A stretch of DNA of 44,560 nt, taken from the NCBI GenBank assembly GCA_040753555.1, contig JBFMDZ010000004.1:1-44560 (forward strand), read 5' to 3'. Under the pieces are notes generated by a model that was not told the DNA's origin, searched no databases, and saw nothing but the letters and a program-made list of their open reading frames with translations. A program made the translations under genes and the position numbers. Below are positions 24,994 to 33,794 of the stretch, piece after piece. The stretch comes from a bacterium (GTDB taxonomy: Bacteria > UBA9089 > UBA9088). Within the stretch, counting starts at the first letter, position 1. Each line of letters opens with the position of its first letter.

Positions 24994-27900
24994 TTTGATA
25001 ATTCCTTGAGGGAAATCTCTATCTCCTTCAACTCCTCCTTTGTCAATCCCCAGATTTCTGCGGAAAGCTCATCAATTTTAGCCTCTATTTCAGATGCAGG
25101 GTTGCCTTGTGCTGTTTCTTCATGTGCTTTTTCTGAAAGCTTGGCAAGAGAAAGGTGGAGTGTGTTTTTGTGGTCAAATTTGGGGATGTGGATGTTTTGA
25201 AGAACATGAGGGTCTCCAAAGCTTTTTCCTCCCTTCATAGAATAAGCCTGAAGACTAAAATTGACTACTTCTGAATTCATAATTGCACAAATATAATGTG
25301 CTTCCTTTAAAGAATTACAAGCAACTAATGTAACAATGTGCTGTGGCAATATTAGCTTTCCATCTTTAGCAGAAATTACTGCAGAGACTATTTCTGAGGC
25401 AATGTTAGGCCACACCACCTTATAGGGTGCAAAGGTGTAGTCACCAACAGCAAACATTGTGTAGAACGGTGCGCCACCCTTAATCATATCGGTTACTCCC
25501 CTTGCCCTGCGTTTTCTCAATAGCTCTTCAAATCTCTTAAGATACATATAAGTCTTGGGATAGGATGTCTTCATTTTGTCTTCTTCTATTCCCCTGCGTT
25601 TTACTGGGTCTTGTGCCATAATGATATAGGCAGAGGGTTCTGCCTTCCATCGCTTTACATCCCTTCCCCTTAAAAGGGGATAAAGCAAATCCTGTTCAAT
25701 AGCAGCCTGAACGGCCTCAACCTCTCTTTTTGCTCCTTCGGTAATATTTGAGACGATTACAAGCCCATCAGGTCTTTTATCAATAATCTCAACCCAGTAG
25801 ACACCATTGGCACCACCTGAATAACAGCCAGCATGGGCGGTGTAATCTGATTGCCCTAATATCTTCTTCACTGCCCTTAATGCCTTTGGTCTTCCCGTAA
25901 TCCATGGTGAAGTTATATCATCGGCATTTACCGGTTCGGCAACAAACTGTTTTCTTTCGGTCATACCAAGGGCTTCCTCAAGCGTAGCTTCCAGGGAAAT
26001 AGATTTTCTTTTAGCTGTTTTTCGCCAGTAAAGATAAGCCCCCAGAGGGAGAGGATATTTTGTAGGTTTCCCCTTTTGTAAGATAACAATACTTGTCCTA
26101 TTTGATGCTCCTTCAAATGGATTAAGCTCTACCATATCATCAACATGCAATACCTGAATAGGTATATTACCAAGCTGAAATCTTCTGAACCCCTGACCAG
26201 CTCCGGCAGTCTTAAAGACGGATTGGGTAATTAAAAAACCAAGTTTTCCACCTTTCTTAAGATACTTATCTATTGCTACATAGGTCATAATCATAGAAAT
26301 ATCTTTTTTGCCTTTACCAAGTATAGTGTCCATTCCGCCATGAGGGAAAAGACCATATTTAACCCATAATGGCTTGGTTTCAAGTCTATACCCCTCTGGC
26401 AAACTCTCCCAATTCACCCAAGGTGGATTTCCAGCTACATAATCAAACTCATCCACAAATAAAGGAGCAAAGGCATTTTTCATAATCCTTGCCCAGATGC
26501 CATTTATGTCCTCTCTTTTTAAGTTAAGGAGCTTTTCGTATAGTTGGCAAACCACATCTATATCCCTTTCATCCTGTTCTGGATTTAATGGAAGCCTCTG
26601 GCAAAGCCTTTCTATAAATTGGCCTCTATTGAGGTTTAAATTTACTGCCTCCTCAAGAAAATTGGAAAGCTCATCTATGTATTGAGCCTTAATTAGGCTT
26701 TTTGGGATAGCAAAGGGACCAACTGCAGTATTAAACCTAAGGGTTTTCTCAGTAAACATATCCCTTCCCTCTTGGGGTGTCATAATGGAATCACAAAGAT
26801 AAACAGGGATATTTATCTCATCCTTTCTATAAGCAAGCAGGTCTCCTAAAGCCAATAAATAATTTGTCCTTGCTGAGATGACCGCTAAGGGGTTTAGGTC
26901 AAAGCCAACAACATTAGATAAGATTTTTTCAAGAACCATATTTTCAGGGATTGGCTTTTCTAAGGCATACTCCCGCATCTTCTTTATAGCAATGACAAGA
27001 AATGTTCCCGAGCCACAAGCAGGGTCAAGAACCCGTTTATCAGGGGAGGTCTCTTTGCCCATAAGGATGTATAATAACCTTTCCGCAAGCCAATCAGGCG
27101 TGTAATATTCGCCCAGATTATGCCTCAATTCCCTTGGAATGAGTTGTTGGTAGAGTTTTTTAAGGAGGTCTCTTGTGGTATCTGGGTCAACATCAAGGGT
27201 TACTAAGGAATAGTTGGCAAGGTTAGAGATTAGGGTTTTAAGGGATTGATATATCTCATCATTCCAGGCATCAAGATACCAGCCGAAAAAATCCCCCTCC
27301 AAGAAATTGCTAATACCAAGCTCCTTAAATATTCCCCCTCCTTCCATCTTCTTTAAATACCCTAAAAGCTCATTATTTCCTAAGGTTGTTGCTTGTTTAA
27401 GGTCAGTGCCAAGACGAGGCATAGCATAGTATTGGACAACCTGAACAGCCAAGAGCTTTATAAGGATGGCATAATATGTATGGAGGCAGAAGAAGAAGGG
27501 AAATGCCCTAATATTTTGAGAAGAGATACCAAATCTTCTTGCATACTGCTCTATCTTTATCTTTCCAGCCTCCTCATAATCACAAACTTCACTAAACTGT
27601 AATGACCATTGCTCAAACAGTGCCTTTGGCTTGGGATGCTCAGTAGAGATTAGAGAAGACAAAAATGAGCCTACAACCTTCCTTGAGACATTTGTGTTCT
27701 CGCCAAAATCCCTTACCAGATTTTCTGGAATAAGAGCTAATTCTGTGGATAAGGAGAAGATTAGCTTTAAAAAATGCTCTGTGGAATACTCATTTACCCT
27801 TATGGGGTTATCAATATGCCATAACCCCTCCTTTTTCCTGATAAAGATAAAATAATCGCCATCAAGGACAACCCCTGCAAGCCTTTCAGGCTTATGATGC

Positions 27901-28214
27901 TCCCTTCTAATAAGCCCATCTATGTAGCCCTCTAATTGGGAGATTGCATTTTGATTTACTGGATAATCGTTATTTTGCCTCAATTTTCCAGGCTCTTTAT
28001 ATTCAACCACCAATCTATTATAGACCGCATCTGCCCTGCCATTGATGAGAGTATATTCTTCCCTTAAATTAAGGCTTAAATTTATCCTTCTTCCAAAATC
28101 CTCTATTAGTTGGGTAATCTTGGTTCTAAATTCAGCCTCATTATTTGAGGATTGAGCGGCTCTTTGAATCTCTTTTGCAAAAGATGGGGCAGAGGATTTT
28201 ATCTCCTTTTCCAT
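24990..28214 (-). CDS. Fused Type IIG restriction endonuclease / N6-adenine methyltransferase (Eco57I/BpuSI-like)
   Basis: N-terminal PD-(D/E)xK-like GRADAVYNRLVVEYK, GEYYTPDWLA, motif I VLDPACGSGTF, motif IV GNPPW and a C-terminal TRD-like region. The ATG overlaps the herA TGA. Confidence 0.88.
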   Translation of the reverse strand: MEKEIKSSAPSFAKEIQRAAQSSNNEAEFRTKITQLIEDFGRRINLSLNLREEYTLINGRADAVYNRLVVEYKEPGKLRQNNDYPVNQNAISQLEGYIDGLIRREHHKPERLAGVVLDGDYFIFIRKKEGLWHIDNPIRVNEYSTEHFLKLIFSLSTELALIPENLVRDFGENTNVSRKVVGSFLSSLISTEHPKPKALFEQWSLQFSEVCDYEEAGKIKIEQYARRFGISSQNIRAFPFFFCLHTYYAILIKLLAVQVVQYYAMPRLGTDLKQATTLGNNELLGYLKKMEGGGIFKELGISNFLEGDFFGWYLDAWNDEIYQSLKTLISNLANYSLVTLDVDPDTTRDLLKKLYQQLIPRELRHNLGEYYTPDWLAERLLYILMGKETSPDKRVLDPACGSGTFLVIAIKKMREYALEKPIPENMVLEKILSNVVGFDLNPLAVISARTNYLLALGDLLAYRKDEINIPVYLCDSIMTPQEGRDMFTEKTLRFNTAVGPFAIPKSLIKAQYIDELSNFLEEAVNLNLNRGQFIERLCQRLPLNPEQDERDIDVVCQLYEKLLNLKREDINGIWARIMKNAFAPLFVDEFDYVAGNPPWVNWESLPEGYRLETKPLWVKYGLFPHGGMDTILGKGKKDISMIMTYVAIDKYLKKGGKLGFLITQSVFKTAGAGQGFRRFQLGNIPIQVLHVDDMVELNPFEGASNRTSIVILQKGKPTKYPLPLGAYLYWRKTAKRKSISLEATLEEALGMTERKQFVAEPVNADDITSPWITGRPKALRAVKKILGQSDYTAHAGCYSGGANGVYWVEIIDKRPDGLVIVSNITEGAKREVEAVQAAIEQDLLYPLLRGRDVKRWKAEPSAYIIMAQDPVKRRGIEEDKMKTSYPKTYMYLKRFEELLRKRRARGVTDMIKGGAPFYTMFAVGDYTFAPYKVVWPNIASEIVSAVISAKDGKLILPQHIVTLVACNSLKEAHYICAIMNSEVVNFSLQAYSMKGGKSFGDPHVLQNIHIPKFDHKNTLHLSLAKLSEKAHEETAQGNPASEIEAKIDELSAEIWGLTKEELKEIEISLKELSK

Positions 28215-29872
28215 CAAAACTCCTGTTGTCTAAATGCTGGCTTTGGAAAAACAATCTTAACTGGCTGGCGATAAACAGCATGGCTTAACAACAATTCTCC
28301 CTTTGATAGCCTTGTAACATTGGATTTTATCTCTGTATCTAAAAATCTGTAATCGGGTTGAAAGACCTCCGATGAGCCACTACGACCTACAACCTTTGTA
28401 GCACAATTACCCGTTACCCTTTCATGGACAGCACTCATAAACTGCTGAGCAGAGATAAGGATTATACCAAGTGAACGTCCACGCTCAGCAATCTCAAGAA
28501 CTAACTCGGTAAGAGGAGAAGGACGAGGACCAGAAGGGGCGTATTTGTTTAACTCATCCACAAAAAAGATTACCTTTTCAGGGACAGGCTTTCTCCTATC
28601 CTCAGGTGGTTCTGCCTTTAAGGAATAAACAGATTTTAGCAAATCACCAAAAACAAGCATCTGCTCATGCTCATAGAGCTTAGTAATATCTACCACATAG
28701 ACATTGCCACCCTTGATTTTTAGCATCTCCTCCCCAAGGGATTTTTCCCGAGACGCCCTTGCATCAACAAATATTCCAGATTGTCCAGTCCTCACCATTC
28801 GCCTTATATGTCTTCTAAAAACACCAATAGAAACCCCTTTAATACCCCGCCATTCTTTAACCGCGGCTCTGGTTTGAGGGTCAAACAAGGGAGGGCCATT
28901 AAGAAGGTTTTCCCAGCTATGAACATCCCTAAAGCCTGGTTCATTATTTCTAATCCCCTCTTTAATCTCGCTTACAATTGATTCTAATGTAGCATAAGCA
29001 TCGGGTATATGGGCAAATAGTAAATCAAGTTTGTCTGAGGTTGAAGGAAGGTCATAGGCATAAGTCTCGTAAAAATTTGGTTCTAAAAAGCTATTTGGTA
29101 AACCAGTTTTTCCTCTTGGAAGCCAGTAGTGAACCTTATCAGAGGGAAAAGGCTCTGGAGTCAAACCAAATGCCTCCCACATCTCCATTTCAGAAACACT
29201 AAATGTTCCCTCCCTCCTTTGGTCTATCTGTAATAAATCCCCATGCTTGACATTAAGAAGAATTACAGCAATCCTATCCTTTTCATCCTCGGGTGTTTTT
29301 TGTAGGATTGATTGGATAAGAAACATCGCATAGGATGTCTTTGTAGCCAAGCCACTTATTCCTGATATATTTACATGGGCAGATTCTGGGCCAAGAATGT
29401 ATCTTCTGTCAACATAAGCAATGGCAGACGCACCATTGCTCATCTTAATAAGCCCAGCAGGAATTCGGTCTTTCGGCTTCATTGTATCTATTCCAAGGGC
29501 AACCTGGATGCCTTCCTCATCTGCAAACCTCACAATCTTCTCGCTTGAAACAGGCATATAGATGTCTTTATCATTGCTCAATACATTTGCATAAGCCACA
29601 TTTGTTCCTTGACGAGGGGTATTAGGGTCTTCGGTTAATTCTCCAAAATTGCTAGAGATGAAATTGGCAAGATGGGCTGGCGAGTCTGTTTTATGCTCCA
29701 AGATTGTTACCAACCCAAATGTCTTGCTCTTTCCCTCATGGCTTGTTTGTTCAACCTCTACTATATCAAAGGGGTTGACTATAACCTTTGGGGCAAGCCA
29801 AAAGATAAATTTATCAGATGTATTTGGCTCTTTCTCTGTGGCAGATGTTTTACCAATCTCTTGATTACTCAT
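28214..29872 (-). CDS. herA: HerA-family ATPase/translocase
   Basis: N-terminal HAS-barrel-like region, variant Walker A ISGISGLATKTS, Walker B FFVDELNKY and ERGRSLGIILISAQQ. GGAGG SD and ATGA overlap with nurA. Confidence 0.88.
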   Translation of the reverse strand: MSNQEIGKTSATEKEPNTSDKFIFWLAPKVIVNPFDIVEVEQTSHEGKSKTFGLVTILEHKTDSPAHLANFISSNFGELTEDPNTPRQGTNVAYANVLSNDKDIYMPVSSEKIVRFADEEGIQVALGIDTMKPKDRIPAGLIKMSNGASAIAYVDRRYILGPESAHVNISGISGLATKTSYAMFLIQSILQKTPEDEKDRIAVILLNVKHGDLLQIDQRREGTFSVSEMEMWEAFGLTPEPFPSDKVHYWLPRGKTGLPNSFLEPNFYETYAYDLPSTSDKLDLLFAHIPDAYATLESIVSEIKEGIRNNEPGFRDVHSWENLLNGPPLFDPQTRAAVKEWRGIKGVSIGVFRRHIRRMVRTGQSGIFVDARASREKSLGEEMLKIKGGNVYVVDITKLYEHEQMLVFGDLLKSVYSLKAEPPEDRRKPVPEKVIFFVDELNKYAPSGPRPSPLTELVLEIAERGRSLGIILISAQQFMSAVHERVTGNCATKVVGRSGSSEVFQPDYRFLDTEIKSNVTRLSKGELLLSHAVYRQPVKIVFPKPAFRQQEF

Positions 29873-31017
29873 CTTGCACCTCCTTGTTTTGGTCTTGGCC
29901 ATTTAATACAGCCCAATAAGACCTCTTTTGAGTAAAATCTATTCTTTATAACCTGTTCTGCGATATGAATGGGATAAAGGCAACAGTGCCATCTTCTATC
30001 AAGGCCATAAGGGCTCACATTCCTTTCTGCAACAAGGCAGGAAGATATAAGGTCAGCAAGCTCTGAAGGAACCGGCGATTTGTCAGGACGAGGTAATTCT
30101 ACCTTTACTACACCCATTAATGGGTAATCTAACTCTCTTTGTTCTCTTAATCTCACATACCAGAATGCTACCTGGCCATCATCCGCACTAAAAGCAACAG
30201 TTCTATGAGCATGGGGAAGACCAGCAAGAATACTTGTGATGTCCTTTCTTTGAGATGTTCTTTGCCCAAATTGGAACATTGGGTCTTTACGAAAAGATTT
30301 GGCAACTCCTATAAGCCAAGGACTATCTCCCCACGAATTCCAAATATCCTCCTCAACAAACTTAACTGCTCCATCTAATATCAGCCAAGTATTCTCATTG
30401 CGAAAAGAATCTGTGGATTTTATGAGTTCTATCTCTAACTTATGCATCTCAGATCGAGCCTTTGCCCCTGCCTTATCCCTGGGGTCTTTCTTGTCTTGAG
30501 CCAACCTATCAGGAAGTGTAAAATCAACAACCTCAAGCCATTCGGGCTTATCAAGTCTTCGTATCTGTTCCCACAAGGTATCTGAGATGCCTTGATTTTG
30601 TTTTGGTAATAGTAAAGCGATTCGTTGTTTTTGGGTTAATACCGAAAGTTGGCCATCCCCTTCCCTTTTAACAACCGCTGAACCAATTTGTGCCAATTCT
30701 ATAGGGAACGACCTTATCCCTTCTATCCCTGTGCCAAGAAAATATGTACGAATACTTCCGTCAATGAAAAAACGGAAGAGATGATTTTGTGTTCTTGAAA
30801 TAGGTGGGGTTTTTCTGTAAATATCTTGGGGGTCAGGCTCTGGGCTTTCCGCAAAAGCCGTTATAACCTCATTATCCTTATTTATAATAATATCCTCAAT
30901 CTCCTCTTGGTCGGGATGTTGCAAATCCTCAATTGCACCTCCTGTTGCTGGAAGAATCTTTATTTCTTCTCCAAGCATGTTTAATAAGGGTTCAATTGAG
31001 CTTAAAGGATTAGGCAT
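29869..31017 (-). CDS. nurA: NurA-like (RNase H fold) nuclease
   Basis: FFIDGS, ILDGA, GVAKS and YPIHIAE, and its position directly upstream of herA. Confidence 0.75.
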   Translation of the reverse strand: MPNPLSSIEPLLNMLGEEIKILPATGGAIEDLQHPDQEEIEDIIINKDNEVITAFAESPEPDPQDIYRKTPPISRTQNHLFRFFIDGSIRTYFLGTGIEGIRSFPIELAQIGSAVVKREGDGQLSVLTQKQRIALLLPKQNQGISDTLWEQIRRLDKPEWLEVVDFTLPDRLAQDKKDPRDKAGAKARSEMHKLEIELIKSTDSFRNENTWLILDGAVKFVEEDIWNSWGDSPWLIGVAKSFRKDPMFQFGQRTSQRKDITSILAGLPHAHRTVAFSADDGQVAFWYVRLREQRELDYPLMGVVKVELPRPDKSPVPSELADLISSCLVAERNVSPYGLDRRWHCCLYPIHIAEQVIKNRFYSKEVLLGCIKWPRPKQGGAR

Positions 31018-31020
31018 TTT

Positions 31021-31509
31021 TTATTTTGCCAATTTTTTAGCAAGCTCTCCTACCCTCATTCCAAGCTTTTTTGCATCATCCAGGTCTTTTTGGCTAGGGC
31101 TTCCAGAACAGGCAACGCCATAATGGCCACCGGAAGATATAGGGTCTCCAACCACAATCATTCCATAGATTAAGAATGCATGGATAATCGCCAGCATTGT
31201 TGTCTCCTTTCCGCCACTTGGATGGCCAGATGTGGTAAATGCCGCACCTATTTTTCCCTCCATCCCACCGGCCCTTCTTAAGGAAACAAACCTTTCAAAC
31301 ATATCCTTCAGTTCCGCGGTCATATTCCCAAAGTATGTTGGAGAGCCAGCAATTATCCCATCTGCCTCTTTAAAATCTCCATCAACAACATCGGATACCC
31401 TTTTTATAATGCAGGAGCAACCCGAGCTTTCTACCCCTTCCTTAACAGCCTTTGCAAGACGCTCTGTATTTCCCCCATAAGATGAATAGGCAACCAATAT
31501 CTTTATCAT
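31021..31509 (-). CDS. Flavodoxin/WrbA-like NAD(P)H-dependent FMN oxidoreductase
   Basis: YSSYGGNTERLA, GSPTYFG and AFTTSGHPSGGKE. Confidence 0.9.
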   Translation of the reverse strand: MIKILVAYSSYGGNTERLAKAVKEGVESSGCSCIIKRVSDVVDGDFKEADGIIAGSPTYFGNMTAELKDMFERFVSLRRAGGMEGKIGAAFTTSGHPSGGKETTMLAIIHAFLIYGMIVVGDPISSGGHYGVACSGSPSQKDLDDAKKLGMRVGELAKKLAK

Positions 31510-31512
31510 AAT

Positions 31513-31929
31513 TCACCTCCTTTCCTGTATTTCTGATAGAAATCTTAACCAAACCACTGGAATCTTATTAGCTAAATCACTTATTTGTGCTTCTTCAAGC
31601 ATAAAGCCATATGCATAAATGAAAAAGTGTCTAAAGGTTAAGCATTCATAAAGCTTAATGGATAAGCCTTCTGATATAATCCCCTTTGACACTGGTGTAT
31701 TTAATATATCTTTATGCCATGCATCGGATTTATGGATTTTAATATTCTTTTCCTGTAAAATCTGTTTTAAGATATTTTCTATTCCATTATAAATATTGTG
31801 AAGGAAGGTAGCTATAGCAGATAGCTCAATAACTAATTTCTCTTTTCTTGCCATAGTATCAGAAAGATTGCCCAATGCTATTTCTACATTCTCTTTTTCT
31901 GCAAGGATTCGTTTGGATATATTATCCAT
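31513..31929 (-). CDS. HEPN-domain (HepT/DUF86-like) protein with a degenerate RX4H motif
   Basis: LHNIYNGIENIL, WHKDIL and FRHFFIYAY. Its start overlaps the MNT stop. Confidence 0.85.
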   Translation of the reverse strand: MDNISKRILAEKENVEIALGNLSDTMARKEKLVIELSAIATFLHNIYNGIENILKQILQEKNIKIHKSDAWHKDILNTPVSKGIISEGLSIKLYECLTFRHFFIYAYGFMLEEAQISDLANKIPVVWLRFLSEIQERR

Positions 31930-32191
31930 AAATCTTTATTCCAGTCTCTTCTACAAGCTCATTAAATAGGGACTTTTTAGATAAATCTAACAGGTCAACA
32001 GGCTTTGATAAGGACTGAAATAGTTCAACGTAAAATTTAAAAAATAGCCTTGGCTCAATCCCCTTTACAGCAATATCTATATCATCAAATTCTTTATCCT
32101 CTTTTATAGAAGACCCAAATAGAATAATAGAGGAAACATTATACTTCTTAGCACATTTCAAGATTATATTCCTATCTTTTTCTGTTATCAT
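31922..32191 (-). CDS. Minimal nucleotidyltransferase (MNT/MntA-like antitoxin)
   Basis: ILFGSS....DDIDIAV and PVDLLDL. Start set to the ATG at 32191. Confidence 0.88.
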   Translation of the reverse strand: MITEKDRNIILKCAKKYNVSSIILFGSSIKEDKEFDDIDIAVKGIEPRLFFKFYVELFQSLSKPVDLLDLSKKSLFNELVEETGIKIYG

Positions 32192-32200
32192 TAAAGACAA

Positions 32201-32230
32201 AGTATAAGGCAACAAAGATAAAAATAGCAA
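32201..32230 (-). promoter_or_regulatory. Candidate promoter TTGCTA-18-TATACT, 9 nt before the MNT ATG
   Basis: Hexamers read directly. Confidence 0.45.
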
Positions 32231-32272
32231 CCAGAAAAATATTTATACTGTTATTTTAAATTTTTTGATTTT

Positions 32273-32554
32273 TTATCTCTTCTCCTCCTCCATCTTTATG
32301 GCAGATACCTTTTCTGGGCAGACATCTGCACAAATCCCACAACCTTTACAATAATCAAGGTTTATCCCTGTCATTTTTTCATCCTTAACAATTATTGAGG
32401 AATCTGGACAATATATCCAGCAATTAAGGCAGGATATACATTTGGAAGCATCCCAGATAGGCCTTTTTGACCTCCACGAGCCTGTTTTATACCTCTCTGC
32501 TGTTGCTGGCTCTAAAATTAACCCTCCACTTGGTAGCTCATACCATTTTTCCAT
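32273..32554 (-). CDS. porD: 2x[4Fe-4S] pyruvate/2-oxoacid:ferredoxin oxidoreductase delta subunit
   Basis: KTGSWRSKRP, CISCLNCWIYCP and CKGCGICADVCP. Confidence 0.85.
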   Translation of the reverse strand: MEKWYELPSGGLILEPATAERYKTGSWRSKRPIWDASKCISCLNCWIYCPDSSIIVKDEKMTGINLDYCKGCGICADVCPEKVSAIKMEEEKR

Positions 32555-32555
32555 T

Positions 32556-33794
32556 TTATATCACCTCTATACTTTGGTTTCTTTCCTTTCCTACAGAGAC
32601 AAGGGAAATTGGAATACTTAAAGCATCTTTTAGCATTTCAATATAATCCCTTGCCTCTTTTGGAAGATTGTCATATTTCTTTATATTTCTTATATCCATT
32701 TCCCATCCAGGGAATTCTTCATATATTGGAAGAATGTCATCCCAGCTGACAATTGATTGTGGAATTTCATCGTAAATTTTATCCTTTATTTTATATTTTG
32801 TGCAAACCATTATTTTAGAAAGGCAATCCAAAACATCAAGCTTTGTTATGGCAATGCTGGTTATCCCATTTATTTTACAGGAATATTTAATTGCTGGTAA
32901 ATCAAGCCATCCACACCTTCTTGGTCTTCCTGTTGTCGCACCATATTCCCTTCCCTTTTCTCTTAAGGATTCACCCAGATCTCCCTTTATTTCTGTGGGA
33001 AATGGACCCTCTCCAACCCTTGTAGAATATGCCTTCATCACACCAATGACATTTTCTATATACCTTGGAGGAATCCCTGTTCCGGTTCCTATCCCTCCAA
33101 TTGTAGGGTTTGTTGATGTTACATACGGGTATGTTCCAAAATCAATGTCCAAAAGGGTTCCTTGTGCTCCCTCAAACAATATGGATTTTCTTTTCAAGAT
33201 GGCATTCTCTAAAAGAACCCTTGTATCACAGACAAAATCTTTTATTTTATCAAAGAATAAAAGGTATTCATCTATAATTTTATCTGTCTCAAAGCCCTTT
33301 AAAGACTTTTGAGTAAGGTTTTCTATAACCTTTTCTTTAAATACATTTCTATCAAGCATATCAGCTATAACAATTCCGCATCTTGCTACTTTGTCTGTAT
33401 AGCAAGGACCAATCCCCCTCTTTGTTGTTCCTATCTTTTGTGTTTTCTCCCTTATTTCATCTATTGCAATATGGTATGGCATAATGAGATGGCACCTATA
33501 GCTTATATGAAGATTTAAGTCAATCCCCTTCTCTTTTAAAAACCCTATCTCATCTAATAATATTGCTGGATTTACAGCAACACCATTCCCAATAACGCAA
33601 TGCTTATCTTTATAAAGGCATCCAGATGGAATAAGATGGAAGATAAATTCTTCGCTGGAAACAGAAACAGTATGGCCTGCATTGTTTCCACCCTGAAATC
33701 TGACAATATAGTCATAATCTTTTGATAAATAATCAATTATCTTTCCCTTTCCCTCATCTCCCCATTGAAGCCCAATAATAGCTAAATTTTGCAT
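32556..33794 (-). CDS. purA: Adenylosuccinate synthetase
   Basis: QWGDEGKGK, QGGNNAGHT, GTTKRGIGP, EGAQG and GATTGRPRRCGWLD. Confidence 0.97.
   Translation of the reverse strand: MQNLAIIGLQWGDEGKGKIIDYLSKDYDYIVRFQGGNNAGHTVSVSSEEFIFHLIPSGCLYKDKHCVIGNGVAVNPAILLDEIGFLKEKGIDLNLHISYRCHLIMPYHIAIDEIREKTQKIGTTKRGIGPCYTDKVARCGIVIADMLDRNVFKEKVIENLTQKSLKGFETDKIIDEYLLFFDKIKDFVCDTRVLLENAILKRKSILFEGAQGTLLDIDFGTYPYVTSTNPTIGGIGTGTGIPPRYIENVIGVMKAYSTRVGEGPFPTEIKGDLGESLREKGREYGATTGRPRRCGWLDLPAIKYSCKINGITSIAITKLDVLDCLSKIMVCTKYKIKDKIYDEIPQSIVSWDDILPIYEEFPGWEMDIRNIKKYDNLPKEARDYIEMLKDALSIPISLVSVGKERNQSIEVI

Noticed and set aside
23914-31017. GC-content evidence for horizontal acquisition of the cassette
   Set aside because: Spot counts of two 60-nt lines gave about 42-47% GC, but a gap line gave about 40%. 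The contrast is only with the very AT-rich glycan cluster and is not decisive without a computed profile.
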